A stretch of DNA of 64,000 bases, taken from positions 53,769 to 117,768 of the IMG/VR virus record IMGVR_UViG_3300042444_000045, one strand, 5' to 3'. Numbering within the stretch: the first letter of the stretch is position 1; each line of letters opens with the position of its first letter. The translations under genes and the position numbers were made by a program. This DNA comes from a virus. Shown in pieces: positions 1-9,916 of this stretch. The notes under the pieces are model-generated. The model saw only the letters and a program-made list of their open reading frames with translations, was not told the origin of the DNA and ran no database searches.

Positions 1-470
1 ACAATATAAGTATTCCAGTTCTCAGGATAGGCTTTAGCAACAGATCTCTTGAAGTCTCTATTAGCAACAAACTTCCATAACTCTCTATTCTTCATCTTGT
101 GTTTTATTGCAAAACTGGTAAAGAATATTTTAGCTAGTTTACCATCTGTTTCCCAATTCTTGTTTGTAACTTTTACACCATACTTTTTGGATTTAGCATA
201 ATCAATATTTTCTTTCTTACTATTTTCACACGTACCAATAAAGATCCAACCTACAGAGTTTGGTAATTGCATACCATCTCTTGTATCTATTACTTTTGTC
301 CAAACACTTTTATTAAAAGATCTAATAATCTTTTTTAGTGTGTCATTATCCACATCTTTGTATCTGGGATACTTTTTTCTAAAACTATCAAAGAACTCTT
401 TGTTCAACATAGTATGGACTTTAGGTCTATATCTTGGACCTGTTAAATCCGGGGTTTTAAATTCCTTCAA
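1..470 (-). CDS. Partial CDS running off the window edge; basic, possibly IHF/HU-like crAss-like phage protein
   Basis: Open frame read by hand from TTG at 470 (KEFKTPDLTGPRYRPK...DGMQLPNSVGWIFIG...NWNTYIV); TATATTTG box upstream at 509-516; not in ORF track. Confidence 0.55.
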   Translation of the reverse strand, partial: MKEFKTPDLTGPRYRPKVHTMLNKEFFDSFRKKYPRYKDVDNDTLKKIIRSFNKSVWTKVIDTRDGMQLPNSVGWIFIGTCENSKKENIDYAKSKKYGVKVTNKNWETDGKLAKIFFTSFAIKHKMKNRELWKFVANRDFKRSVAKAYPENWNTYI

Positions 471-521
471 ACTATATAGATTAATATACTAAAAATTATG
501 CACTTTAGCAAATATACTAAA

Positions 522-550
522 AAACAAAACCCCGCAAGTGCGGGGCTTTG
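522..550 (-). terminator. Intrinsic terminator after the Cys-rich fibre genes
   Basis: Minus strand reads caaagccccgc-actt-gcggggttttgttttt. Confidence 0.7.
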
Positions 551-599
551 CCTTGTTGTCACAGAAACCAACAACTGTAACGTCTTGTAAATTTTTTAA

Positions 600-1463
600 T
601 TAACCAACTCTTCGGATTGCCCAATCAATATTATCACCTGATATACCAGTATAATTTATTCCAGTCATATTCTGATGTCTTAAAACAAGTTGTTCACCTG
701 CAGTTAAAGCTTTACCTTGAATACCACCTGTTAAATAAAGCCTTGTATAATACAAACCTTTTGTTATTGTAAAAGTATCTGCACAGTAAACTGTAGTTCC
801 TGTACCTGGATTTGTTACTGCAATGCTATAGGTTCCTCCAGTAGTGGCTGTATTACCCCAACCAAATCCTGTTTGATCAGGACATGTTAAATATACATTG
901 TAGTTAATATCATATTTACCAGTTTCGGGACAAGTCCAAATTCCAGTGCTAGAGTTGTACTGTGTTGTTGTAGTACCATTTACTATTTGATATTCAACGT
1001 CACCTGTAGGAAACAAAATTATTACACCACTAGAAATGTTACTGTTTGCAAGACTTGCTGTAACAGTATTTAAATTTATTGTAGGTTCAAATGCTACTCT
1101 AAATGCTGTGTCAAATAAACCTTGAGCAGCTTGTAAATTTGAAATGTTAGTATTAATGGTTGAGATGCTACCATTAATAGATGTAATACTTGCGTTAATA
1201 GTTGTTAGACTACCATTAATAGTTTGTATACTACTGCAGAAATAAGAAATAATATCATCTAGTGCATCAGCAATAACAGTATTACTTGCAACAACTGTAG
1301 TACTACCACAAACAATATTTGCACCTGTATACACTGTACATTGAGCATCAGTAACCGTATAACATGGTTCTGGATCAGGACATGCTGCTGGTGTAGGACA
1401 CGGTGCAGGACTAGTTAAAAAACTATCCTCACAACCACAATTTGAACATCTATTTATTGACAT
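600..1463 (-). CDS. Putative tail fibre/spike: Cys-rich N-terminal module, coiled coil, C1q/TNF-like C-terminal head
   Basis: CPTPAACPDPEPC...CTVYTGANI start, heptad-like INGSLTTINASITSINGS segment, YNSSTGIWTCPETGKYDINYNV typical of C1q-like domains. Confidence 0.6.
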   Translation of the reverse strand: MSINRCSNCGCEDSFLTSPAPCPTPAACPDPEPCYTVTDAQCTVYTGANIVCGSTTVVASNTVIADALDDIISYFCSSIQTINGSLTTINASITSINGSISTINTNISNLQAAQGLFDTAFRVAFEPTINLNTVTASLANSNISSGVIILFPTGDVEYQIVNGTTTTQYNSSTGIWTCPETGKYDINYNVYLTCPDQTGFGWGNTATTGGTYSIAVTNPGTGTTVYCADTFTITKGLYYTRLYLTGGIQGKALTAGEQLVLRHQNMTGINYTGISGDNIDWAIRRVG

Positions 1464-1474
1464 AGCTTATATTA

Positions 1475-3139
1475 TTAAGGGCAAGTTGTTGAAAAACCTG
1501 TTTCAGTATTACATGGATCTACATAAGCTACTAAACCATCAATTACAAAATAAAACCCACCTATCTCATTTTCATCTCCTGCATCACAACTAAATGGCCA
1601 TGTAAGATTAAATGTATCTGATTTTAAATCAAAGTTAGCATTGCTTGGAGCATTATGAATATCTGTTCCAGTACCAATATAGTTTGGAAGATATTCTCCT
1701 GCTCTTACATTACTTGTAACTAATCTTAATGGTGAATTACCTTGTACTCCAGCACCTCTTGTAGTTGAGATCTCAATGTCATGAACTAATTGAACTGTTA
1801 ATCCTTTTGTTGCAGTAATGGAAACTCTAATAGCAGAGGTTAAACAAGTACCATAAGTTGGATCAACATCAATTGGTCTAAGTGCTACATCCCAAGCTTT
1901 AAAATAAGTATTATCTAAATTTCCAGCAGTTACTGACGGTGGAATAACAGAACCACCATTATTAAATGAAATTGCACCATTAGCATTAATACTACAACCA
2001 CCTACACCACTCCATGTTGTGCAACCTGATATTGCATTGTATGCAGAAGTTGAACTTAACACAACTACTGAACCTGGAGAAGATGGATTTTCTAATGGAA
2101 CAAATACTGTTCCTCTCAAGTGAATTTGATTACCAATTCTTCTACATTGTGGTTTATCTACTCCTGAGTAATATGTAAAACCCAGAAGATCTACCCAACC
2201 AGTATCCGTAATATTTGCTGTAATAACATTACCTGTATTATCTAAGTTTACAGTTGCTGTGTCAGCTACTGTAATTGAAAATGTACTTACATAGTTATAT
2301 ACATCACAGATTGCAATCCATAGGTTATTAATTGCCTCTGCTGCTGTATTTAAATTAGATGACGTTACCCAGGTACCTGCATATGCAACAGAAAATGCTG
2401 TGCCAAATACAAGTGATAAATCTGCATCACTAATACACTGTGATAATACTGCTGCCGTTATTGCAGAGGCTTCTCCAGTTGCTGCTTTCAGTGCACAATA
2501 ACCATAAGTGTTATCATTTATTAAAGCATTAAGAACTGTATCAATTGGGTAATTACCAGGAGATACTACTGTCCCACTTAATGTACAATCTACTGGAATA
2601 TTTGGTAATGTAAATGTAGGAGCTGGTGCAGACTCTAATGCTGTAACTCTAACATCTAAACTTGTTATGCTAGCTTCAATTGTTGCAATTTCTGTAACTA
2701 ATGCACATACTCTAGTTCCAATAGCTTGAGCATATTCTGAAACTGTCATTACAGTAACCCCATTTATTACAAAACAAGATGCTACTGTAACTAATGCATC
2801 AGCTCCTGTAGATTTAGTAGTATTTGTAATTGGACTTGTAGCTGGATCAGATACAATAGTTACTTCATTTTGCAATGCACAAATCTGTTCAATTAAAAAC
2901 TGAATAAGTGCTTGAAAATCATTTGGACCACAAGCAGTTAAGTTGAAACATGAAAGATCATAATTAGTTACATTTAGTGTATCTAATACTGTACATAATT
3001 CTGTTGCAAGTTTAAATATAACATCTGAAATTGTATCCCCTGCACACAGTTTGATACAAGGAATATCTGGTCCTTGCCAAATTACACAATTGCTTGAGAT
3101 TGGACTACAGGGTGAGTTATCATAATTTAGTGGCTTCAT
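1475..3139 (-). CDS. Cys-rich putative virion fibre/tail protein
   Basis: N-terminal PCSPISSNCVIWQGPDIPC, coiled coil LDVRVTALE, DTGWVDL...CRRIGNQIHLRG receptor-binding-like motif; structural module context. Confidence 0.55.
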   Translation of the reverse strand: MKPLNYDNSPCSPISSNCVIWQGPDIPCIKLCAGDTISDVIFKLATELCTVLDTLNVTNYDLSCFNLTACGPNDFQALIQFLIEQICALQNEVTIVSDPATSPITNTTKSTGADALVTVASCFVINGVTVMTVSEYAQAIGTRVCALVTEIATIEASITSLDVRVTALESAPAPTFTLPNIPVDCTLSGTVVSPGNYPIDTVLNALINDNTYGYCALKAATGEASAITAAVLSQCISDADLSLVFGTAFSVAYAGTWVTSSNLNTAAEAINNLWIAICDVYNYVSTFSITVADTATVNLDNTGNVITANITDTGWVDLLGFTYYSGVDKPQCRRIGNQIHLRGTVFVPLENPSSPGSVVVLSSTSAYNAISGCTTWSGVGGCSINANGAISFNNGGSVIPPSVTAGNLDNTYFKAWDVALRPIDVDPTYGTCLTSAIRVSITATKGLTVQLVHDIEISTTRGAGVQGNSPLRLVTSNVRAGEYLPNYIGTGTDIHNAPSNANFDLKSDTFNLTWPFSCDAGDENEIGGFYFVIDGLVAYVDPCNTETGFSTTCP

Positions 3140-3172
3140 ATTTCTTCTATTACTATAATATACAAAAATTAA

Positions 3173-5107
3173 TTAAGAATGGCAAGTACTACAACTACCA
3201 CCGCAAGATCCATTACAACCACATCCTGTATTACAACCACATCCTGTATTGCATCCACATGATGGAGTTGCACATACATAGTCTGGATTAACTAATGCTT
3301 TTAAATCTATTAGTTGTTTTTGAATAAGATATTGTTGATCATCTTCTGGACAACAATTACTAATTCCATATCTGAGTTCCAGTACTTGTTTATATAATGC
3401 TTCTGCTGCTTTACATGAAATCTCTTCATATTTCCAAGTAGAACAATATGGTGTATTGTATCCTGGTTTTAAAGATCTTCTTGGATATACAGGAGGAGGA
3501 CAAGTATGCACATCATCAACTAGTGTACAGTTTCCAAAATATTCTACATAATCTGTAGGATAGGATGTAAGCCAATGAGCCATACATATTCTATCAGATC
3601 TTTGACCAGCAAGTAATGTAATTGTTTGTACATCACCTTCACAGTCTAAGTAATCATAATTATGAGATACTGTATCATGGTTCTTGATTCTTGAACATAC
3701 ACACGGAAAACTTGTAAGACAGTCTTCACATGTTTCAAATGAATCTGCTATGCCTCCAAGAATCCCTGCTCCAACACTTGTCGTTGCAACACTAACTCTC
3801 CAGCATGTGGTTGGACACCACTCAAGAACAATTATCTCTGTTACATATTCTGAAAGATCAGTAGATGTAATTATACTGGTTTCAATACCATTACAATCTG
3901 TAAGCTCATAGTAAGTTGTTTTACAAGCTTCACAATCATCAAATGCATCTTGCACAACTACTGTGACATCAGATGGAATTGGATTTGGATATTCTTCTAT
4001 AATCCAGCACCCAGGACAATCTGTTTCAATATTAATTACCTGTCCTACATATGCACTAAGATCAGATGATGAATAAATAATTGTACCTAAATCATCACAG
4101 TTAGTTAGTAAATAATTTGGTGCAGGATTACATTCTTCACATGTATCAAATGCTTGTAGTACAACTACATCAATAGCACAATCACAGTCTACAACACTAT
4201 TAACTATCCAACAATTATCATAACCATCTATTTGTACTACTTGACCTAGAATAGCATATTGACCAAGAGACTGTGCTGTTGTATAAATAGGGTCCAATAA
4301 ATCATCACAATCAGTTAATTCATAACATGGAGTTGGACATTCACCATCCACACATTCACCACCATCAGTTACAGTATAGGTAGAAGGTACTTGTGGATAT
4401 ACTAAAGAACATCCTTTCCAATAACCACTAATTGTAATAGCTACTACTACACCATTACAGTCAATATAGTATAGCTTACCTGAACCTACAATTTCATAAC
4501 AAGTACACTCACATGAACATGGTTCATCTCCATCTACTGTAACTGTTATTGGATTACTAGGATCTAAGTTAGTTTCAACAGACCAATTAACTACATAGTA
4601 GCAATCAAATGGTCCATCTGCATCTACTTGAATTGTGGCATAATCATTTACATATGCTGATAAATCTGTATCAGTTACTGTAGGTACAAGTGATTCATCA
4701 CATGGCCAAACAACATATAATGGAGTTGGGCATGTAGGACATGTAATTACTTCATCTCCACAAGGAGTTTCATATGTGGTAGTACTATCCCATGTATAAA
4801 CACCGCTTCCTGGAAAATTAGTAGGAACAACATTAAGGCTAAGATAGTTAGCTCCAGTAATTGGACTACTTGGATCTGACGTAGTACCTCTAAAAATTCT
4901 ATAACATTGATTACTTAATCCTACATAACTATCTGTTATAGGATCATAACCAACACCAGAAATTCCATTGTAAATATTTATACCTGGTGTAGGTGGATTA
5001 GTCGTACCATTAACACTAAAATATAAAATGTTTCCACCACAACATGGTTCAAATCCAATCCATGAATTTGATGCGGGTGGTGTAAATGTTGTTTTTGGTA
5101 CTGACAT
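3173..5107 (-). CDS. Very Cys-rich repeat protein, putative structural
   Basis: About 4 internal repeats YxLTxC..IxxxxDLSxYV..CWxV..FxxCExC; C-terminal CGCNTG repeats. Confidence 0.55.
   Translation of the reverse strand: MSVPKTTFTPPASNSWIGFEPCCGGNILYFSVNGTTNPPTPGINIYNGISGVGYDPITDSYVGLSNQCYRIFRGTTSDPSSPITGANYLSLNVVPTNFPGSGVYTWDSTTTYETPCGDEVITCPTCPTPLYVVWPCDESLVPTVTDTDLSAYVNDYATIQVDADGPFDCYYVVNWSVETNLDPSNPITVTVDGDEPCSCECTCYEIVGSGKLYYIDCNGVVVAITISGYWKGCSLVYPQVPSTYTVTDGGECVDGECPTPCYELTDCDDLLDPIYTTAQSLGQYAILGQVVQIDGYDNCWIVNSVVDCDCAIDVVVLQAFDTCEECNPAPNYLLTNCDDLGTIIYSSSDLSAYVGQVINIETDCPGCWIIEEYPNPIPSDVTVVVQDAFDDCEACKTTYYELTDCNGIETSIITSTDLSEYVTEIIVLEWCPTTCWRVSVATTSVGAGILGGIADSFETCEDCLTSFPCVCSRIKNHDTVSHNYDYLDCEGDVQTITLLAGQRSDRICMAHWLTSYPTDYVEYFGNCTLVDDVHTCPPPVYPRRSLKPGYNTPYCSTWKYEEISCKAAEALYKQVLELRYGISNCCPEDDQQYLIQKQLIDLKALVNPDYVCATPSCGCNTGCGCNTGCGCNGSCGGSCSTCHS
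3213..3259. repeat. 18-bp tandem repeat (about 2.5 copies) encoding CGCNTG
   Basis: ttacaaccacatcctgta-ttacaaccacatcctgta-ttgcatccaca. Confidence 0.7.
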
Positions 5108-5114
5108 TATTTAG

Positions 5115-5297
5115 TTATTTATATCTATCTTTTCCCCAGGTTTGATTTGTCTGAGATACTGTTGCTAATGTTTTTCTCTGTTTTAATCCTGCCTCATAAG
5201 TGGTAATACATTTTGAACATACTGATTTACCATCGGATGCTGCTCTTTTCTGGCATCCACAGGACATTTTAGTTTTGCAGTTTGAACAAGTTGCCAT
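5115..5297 (-). CDS. Small Cys-rich (Zn-finger/metallothionein-like) protein
   Basis: CSNC...SCGC...CSKC in 60 aa; AAAACCAAC leader 5 nt upstream of ATG. Confidence 0.6.
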   Translation of the reverse strand: MATCSNCKTKMSCGCQKRAASDGKSVCSKCITTYEAGLKQRKTLATVSQTNQTWGKDRYK

Positions 5298-5318
5298 AAG
5301 TTGTTGGTTTTTAAGTTT

Positions 5319-5861
5319 TTAACAATTAATACAATCCATTTTATTGAGCAGCTTCCAAGCATAATTATAGAGTGACATACCTTTCTGAGGCTCATGACAA
5401 AACTCTACTTTAGACTTAGCAGCTTCTAAATACATTCGGATTAGACCAAGCTCTTCTAATCTTTGCTTAATCTTAAATGGCGGATCACAATCTGCCACAT
5501 CTAATCTACAAAGAATATTGTAGTATCTATTTAATGCTTTTGTAATTCTCATATGATTGTATTCTACATACACTACATCATTGGGAGAAACACTGTATTT
5601 AATAATATAAATACCATCTGGAATATCTACATATTCTGTCCCACAGTTTGATGTTTGCAGATTAAGATCACATGCTGTGATGTTTTCAATAAATCCTGCA
5701 CTTACATCTAACTGTACAGAGTGTTGAAAACCAGGAACAGTAATGTTTAACTGCTCACAAACTACAGGAATTAGATCTGTGTAAACACTAGTATCCATCA
5801 CTGTCAGGATACAAGGATTCATTACTGTAGGAACTTCTAAACTTAATACGTGATTAGCCAT
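5319..5861 (-). CDS. Putative structural protein (crAss-like ring/tail-associated)
   Basis: IPDGIYIIKYSVSP motif; position in capsid-tail module. Confidence 0.5.
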   Translation of the reverse strand: MANHVLSLEVPTVMNPCILTVMDTSVYTDLIPVVCEQLNITVPGFQHSVQLDVSAGFIENITACDLNLQTSNCGTEYVDIPDGIYIIKYSVSPNDVVYVEYNHMRITKALNRYYNILCRLDVADCDPPFKIKQRLEELGLIRMYLEAAKSKVEFCHEPQKGMSLYNYAWKLLNKMDCINC

Positions 5862-5871
5862 AGGTATTTAA

Positions 5872-5910
5872 TAAAAAAGGGGATAGGAGTTTGAAACTCT
5901 TCTCCCCTTT
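5872..5910 (-). terminator. Intrinsic terminator after 5935-7569
   Basis: aaaaaaggggataggagttt-g-aaactcttctccccttt hairpin with U-tract on minus strand. Confidence 0.6.
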
Positions 5911-5934
5911 AGATTTTTATTTTTTGTTACTTGC

Positions 5935-7569
5935 TTAGTTGCAAGAAACTACATTATAAGGGTTGTATAATGGAAGATCAGGGAAGTTCACTGGAACATC
6001 ACATGCAGTCTCACAAGCAAATGCTTCAATGTTACATTGAGTATCACAACCAGTTAACCAGTTAGTAATATCAGTAACAAATGTTGACATAGCTGCAGTA
6101 GAGAAGATAGTCAATGCATACTGATCATTATCAAACACACCAGTTGGATTATTGAAACGTGGTACATTGTGAATTAGTACGTATCTGTAGTACAAAGCAG
6201 AACGGTTAATAGCACTAACAATTTGATTTCCTTGAGTGATCTCACGGATACGGAAGTCAGTAGCTAAGAAGTTTTGTCTGTAAGATTCAGAAAGAGTAAG
6301 TTCTCTAAGAACTGTCTCACCAAGACCTTGTACTTGAAGACCAGCACACTCAGTAACAACACAAAGAGTTGTAAATGCACATGGGTCACCGTTAAGATCT
6401 ACTTCAGAAGCATAAAGTTTAACTGGCTCTTTTTCATAGAAGTCAGAAACTTGGAACGTACAGTCACCAAATCTTGTATCTACATAAGCACCATTCAAGA
6501 TTAAACCTGCACACTCACCATCTGTATGTCCTGCAGATACATAGTTATCCCAAGTATCAGCATCGTTTGCAGTTAAGAAAGAAGCTGCAGTTCCCGGAGC
6601 ATACCAAAGAGTACCGTCTTCAGCTTGAACAACTGGTTGAATAAATGGAGCAATGATTGGGTTATTTACAATTGCATTAGCCCAAGCAATCATTACAGTA
6701 GTTGAATCAACTGCAACTGGAGCAATAGCACCATCTGGGCAACATCCTGTGTAAGCATCAACAGTAGCATATGCATTGTGATTTAAGAATCTCAAAGCTG
6801 GAGAACCTTTTACATCTAAACGTAAGTAGTAAGTTTCACCACATAGAAACTCTTTGCAACACTCAGCTACAGTACCACAACCTGTTTGTGGATGAGCATC
6901 AGTTACAGTAAGAACATCAAATGTTGCATCATCATTACCAGCATCAATTGTAAGTGTGTCACCTACTGTATATCCTTTACCAGGATTAACAATAACAATT
7001 GAATCAACAGTACCACCACCAGCAACATAAGAAACAACCATACCTGTACCAGTACCACCAGTTACAGCAGCAATACCTGTTGCAGGATAACCTGTACCAG
7101 CTACTAATGTGTCAGTTGTTAATACACCACCACCTGCAGTCCAGTAAGTAGAACCTACGTGGATTACATTGTTCTGTGGAGAACATGGAGCAACTGAATA
7201 GAAACGTGATACATACTTAGGGTTGATCATTTTAGACTTGTTAGTCTCTTGGTAACCACCCGCCAATGGACCAATTTTGTCATTGTCATAAATTGCAGAT
7301 CCTGCAATGTATGCATTACAACAAGTGTCTGGTGTAATTGTCAAGTTAGTACTTGGACTAAAAATACCAAAGTAACCATTAGCTGTTTCAGAAGCAGCTG
7401 ATGCTTTCAATTGGTTCAAACCATAAGTAGGTACACCGTCAGTAGTAACATAACCTAAGTTAGTACTAGTAGAAACAGTAGTGCCATCTAATTTAGTTAC
7501 AGCAACACTTGAACGTGTAGCACCTGTACCTAAAAATGCTTTTTCAAAAGCGTGATTAAAATAAGCCAT
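5935..7569 (-). CDS. Putative auxiliary capsid/structural protein (crAss-like), with inserted GTGY/GKGYTVGD beta-repeat domain
   Basis: Position downstream of MCP and ring gene; LCGETYYLRLDVKGSPALRFLNHNAY segment; own terminator. Confidence 0.55.
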   Translation of the reverse strand: MAYFNHAFEKAFLGTGATRSSVAVTKLDGTTVSTSTNLGYVTTDGVPTYGLNQLKASAASETANGYFGIFSPSTNLTITPDTCCNAYIAGSAIYDNDKIGPLAGGYQETNKSKMINPKYVSRFYSVAPCSPQNNVIHVGSTYWTAGGGVLTTDTLVAGTGYPATGIAAVTGGTGTGMVVSYVAGGGTVDSIVIVNPGKGYTVGDTLTIDAGNDDATFDVLTVTDAHPQTGCGTVAECCKEFLCGETYYLRLDVKGSPALRFLNHNAYATVDAYTGCCPDGAIAPVAVDSTTVMIAWANAIVNNPIIAPFIQPVVQAEDGTLWYAPGTAASFLTANDADTWDNYVSAGHTDGECAGLILNGAYVDTRFGDCTFQVSDFYEKEPVKLYASEVDLNGDPCAFTTLCVVTECAGLQVQGLGETVLRELTLSESYRQNFLATDFRIREITQGNQIVSAINRSALYYRYVLIHNVPRFNNPTGVFDNDQYALTIFSTAAMSTFVTDITNWLTGCDTQCNIEAFACETACDVPVNFPDLPLYNPYNVVSCN

Positions 7570-7633
7570 TTTTTCTAAGTTTTAATTTATAAATATATAC
7601 TATAATATAGTGAAAGTTTTTGAACTTTCAAAA

Positions 7634-8152
7634 TTATTTTAGGAAAAGTAATTTGTACTTTGCTGAGTTAATTGAATCCTTAACAAGATCTAGATTGTTT
7701 ACTATCTCTGAGTAAGGCATCATACCCTGGAGCTTGTTCACTATGTTATATAAATCTCTAAGATATGCTACAGCATCTGCAGTAGTATCTAGAGTTCTAA
7801 TAGGCATATTAGTGTAAGTAAGAAGCTTCTCTGATACTCCTTGGTATCCTTCTATAAGTGTATCAGCTTTATCATGTAAGCCTTCATAGAATGCACCTAA
7901 TGCTTTATGGGCTGCATAGGAACCCTCGCCTTTAACTTGTAAATGTAGTCTATGAAAACTAACTGCAGCATTCATCATCTCTGTTGCACATGCTGCTGTC
8001 ATTGTATCAAGTGAACTTCCACCAACACCAGCATCTGGAGTAGGTTCTGGTTTAGCAGGTTCACTCTTAGGTTGAGTAACAATAGGCTGTGGTCTGCTAA
8101 GTGTTCTAGCTGACTCTGGATTTCTCTTTAGTAGTCTTGTTTTATTTTCCAT
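7634..8152 (-). CDS. Ferritin-like/Dps-like protein (DUF5856-type)
   Basis: FHRLHLQVKGEGSYAAHKALGAFYEGL...ADTLIEGYQG resembles Dps ferroxidase helices. Confidence 0.7.
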   Translation of the reverse strand: MENKTRLLKRNPESARTLSRPQPIVTQPKSEPAKPEPTPDAGVGGSSLDTMTAACATEMMNAAVSFHRLHLQVKGEGSYAAHKALGAFYEGLHDKADTLIEGYQGVSEKLLTYTNMPIRTLDTTADAVAYLRDLYNIVNKLQGMMPYSEIVNNLDLVKDSINSAKYKLLFLK

Positions 8153-8154
8153 GA

Positions 8155-8853
8155 TTAATTGTTACGTTCTGCTGTTTCTGTACCTCTAGAGAACTGGTTA
8201 CCTGATTCAATATCTCCAGCAATAATACTTACTGCCTCATCTATTATTACTTCTACTATATCATCTTTAAACTCACATTCTACATTCTGTATAGACTGCA
8301 CACTTGTGTATGGATCTACACAACCTTGAATCTGAATCTTAATAGGTTGTCTATAGTAAATTAAATCTGCACTCTGAATTTCAAATTCATTGTTAGTATA
8401 AATATGAGTAGTATTACCAATGAGAGTAGCAAATGTTTCACCCCACTCAAAGTTTGGCTGTTTGCCTTTGTCTCTTAGAAGAACATTAAGATCTCCTTCT
8501 TGAGCAAGATAAACTGTCATTCTTCTTTTCTCACAGCATTCTTGTTTAGCAAAAACATCTACTCTTTTCCACTGTAAATAGTCTTCAGGAAGATTGCCAA
8601 AATAGTAGTATTCTTTATTTGACAATATAAGTGGGTCTCTATTAAGTAGTACTTGTAGATCATCTTTTCTACGAGTAGAACCCTCATCACCTTCTTTAAC
8701 TAAGTTAATTCCATGCAATTGTCTTCTAGCCCACTCAACCTGTGCTTTATTAAATGCCTCAACTATTTGCCAACATTCAATGTTGTCATAGTCCTGGCTA
8801 TCTAATTTATTTAGCCGTTGCTTGATCTTTATTTCAATTGTGCTATTTAACAT
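8155..8853 (-). CDS. Putative ring/head-tail connector (tail tubular) protein
   Basis: LNKLDSQDY...FNKAQ...YYRQP...CEF..IIDEAV pattern resembling crAss-like ring proteins; gene order. Confidence 0.6.
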   Translation of the reverse strand: MLNSTIEIKIKQRLNKLDSQDYDNIECWQIVEAFNKAQVEWARRQLHGINLVKEGDEGSTRRKDDLQVLLNRDPLILSNKEYYYFGNLPEDYLQWKRVDVFAKQECCEKRRMTVYLAQEGDLNVLLRDKGKQPNFEWGETFATLIGNTTHIYTNNEFEIQSADLIYYRQPIKIQIQGCVDPYTSVQSIQNVECEFKDDIVEVIIDEAVSIIAGDIESGNQFSRGTETAERNN

Positions 8854-8856
8854 TTC

Positions 8857-9216
8857 TTATCTTTTTTTAGCCATCTTTTTTAAAGTCATGGCAAGGGCTT
8901 TTCTCTTGGGTGTACAAGTTGGTTTTGACATCGGAGTACAATAACCCTTGTGTGCAGGATTAATTGCTTTCTGAATCCACTTTTTATCACCAGTAGATCC
9001 ACCTTTTTTTGCATATCTTAGAGGTTCTTCTTGAATTAATGGAGCTGTACCAGAACTAGGCTTTGCAACTTTATTAATTACACCTTTAACAGTTCTTGTT
9101 TCTTTAACTGTTTCTGGTGCACCATATCTTTTCTTAACTGTTGTTTTATAATTACCATCAGGTGAATAAAACTTTTGTTTAGACTCTCTTGGTGAAGTAC
9201 TCTTTTTAACAGGCAT
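8857..9216 (-). CDS. Small Lys-rich protein (putative DNA-binding core protein)
   Basis: Highly basic; YAKKGGS motif; KKWIQKAINPAHKG...ALAMTLKKM. Confidence 0.6.
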   Translation of the reverse strand: MPVKKSTSPRESKQKFYSPDGNYKTTVKKRYGAPETVKETRTVKGVINKVAKPSSGTAPLIQEEPLRYAKKGGSTGDKKWIQKAINPAHKGYCTPMSKPTCTPKRKALAMTLKKMAKKR

Positions 9217-9218
9217 GA

Positions 9219-9581
9219 CTATTTCTTTTTAATGGCAGTACGTTTTTTAACTGGACTCATTTTTTTAATAGCAGCAATTTTTTTAACCATACCACCTTTT
9301 TTCATTACATTACTTGTAATTTTTTTAGCTGTATCATCAATTTTCTTTTTTGCTTCTTTTTCTTTTTTCTTGGCATCTCTTTTACCGGCACTTAAATATG
9401 TGCCAATAGCTGCACCAGCACCACCTAAAATAGCACCTGCTACTTTAACACTTGGTCCAGAAAATGTACCTGGTGATTTTTTTTGTGGTAAACATGTTCC
9501 GCCAGGTCCACAATAGTATCCATCAGGGCAATCTCCCCCTGTCATACAATTTTGTTTTGATCCAGTTTTCTTAATAGCCAT
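9219..9581 (-). CDS. Small Lys-rich protein with Cys motif and hydrophobic segment
   Basis: CMTGGDCPDGYYCGPGGTC; VAGAILGGAGAAIGTYL; MKKGGMVKK. Confidence 0.6.
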   Translation of the reverse strand: MAIKKTGSKQNCMTGGDCPDGYYCGPGGTCLPQKKSPGTFSGPSVKVAGAILGGAGAAIGTYLSAGKRDAKKKEKEAKKKIDDTAKKITSNVMKKGGMVKKIAAIKKMSPVKKRTAIKKK

Positions 9582-9583
9582 GG

Positions 9584-9904
9584 TTATTTCTTTTTAATAG
9601 TTCCACCCATTTTCTTTTTGTTCATCTTTGCACCAGCAATTCTATCAGCAGCAGTAGGTTTAGGATTCTTATCAATACCTGCTTTAACAGATAACATTCC
9701 AAAAGTAGAACCACCTTTAGCCATTTTTTTCTTAACCATACCACCACGTTTCATTGTATCGATACCCTGGTAATTAGGACCTGTTGGACCTGTTTGAGGA
9801 ATACCATACATCTGACCACCTTGAGCCATCTTCTTTACTTTCTTAACAGCTCCACCGGATTTCATTTTACCGCAACCAGTCTTGCAAGTTTTTAATGTTT
9901 TCAT
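9584..9904 (-). CDS. Small Lys-rich protein with repeated MxxGG motifs
   Basis: MKSGG, MAQGG, MKRGG, MAKGG, KKMGG. Confidence 0.65.
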   Translation of the reverse strand: MKTLKTCKTGCGKMKSGGAVKKVKKMAQGGQMYGIPQTGPTGPNYQGIDTMKRGGMVKKKMAKGGSTFGMLSVKAGIDKNPKPTAADRIAGAKMNKKKMGGTIKKK

Positions 9905-9916
9905 CTTATATAATTT

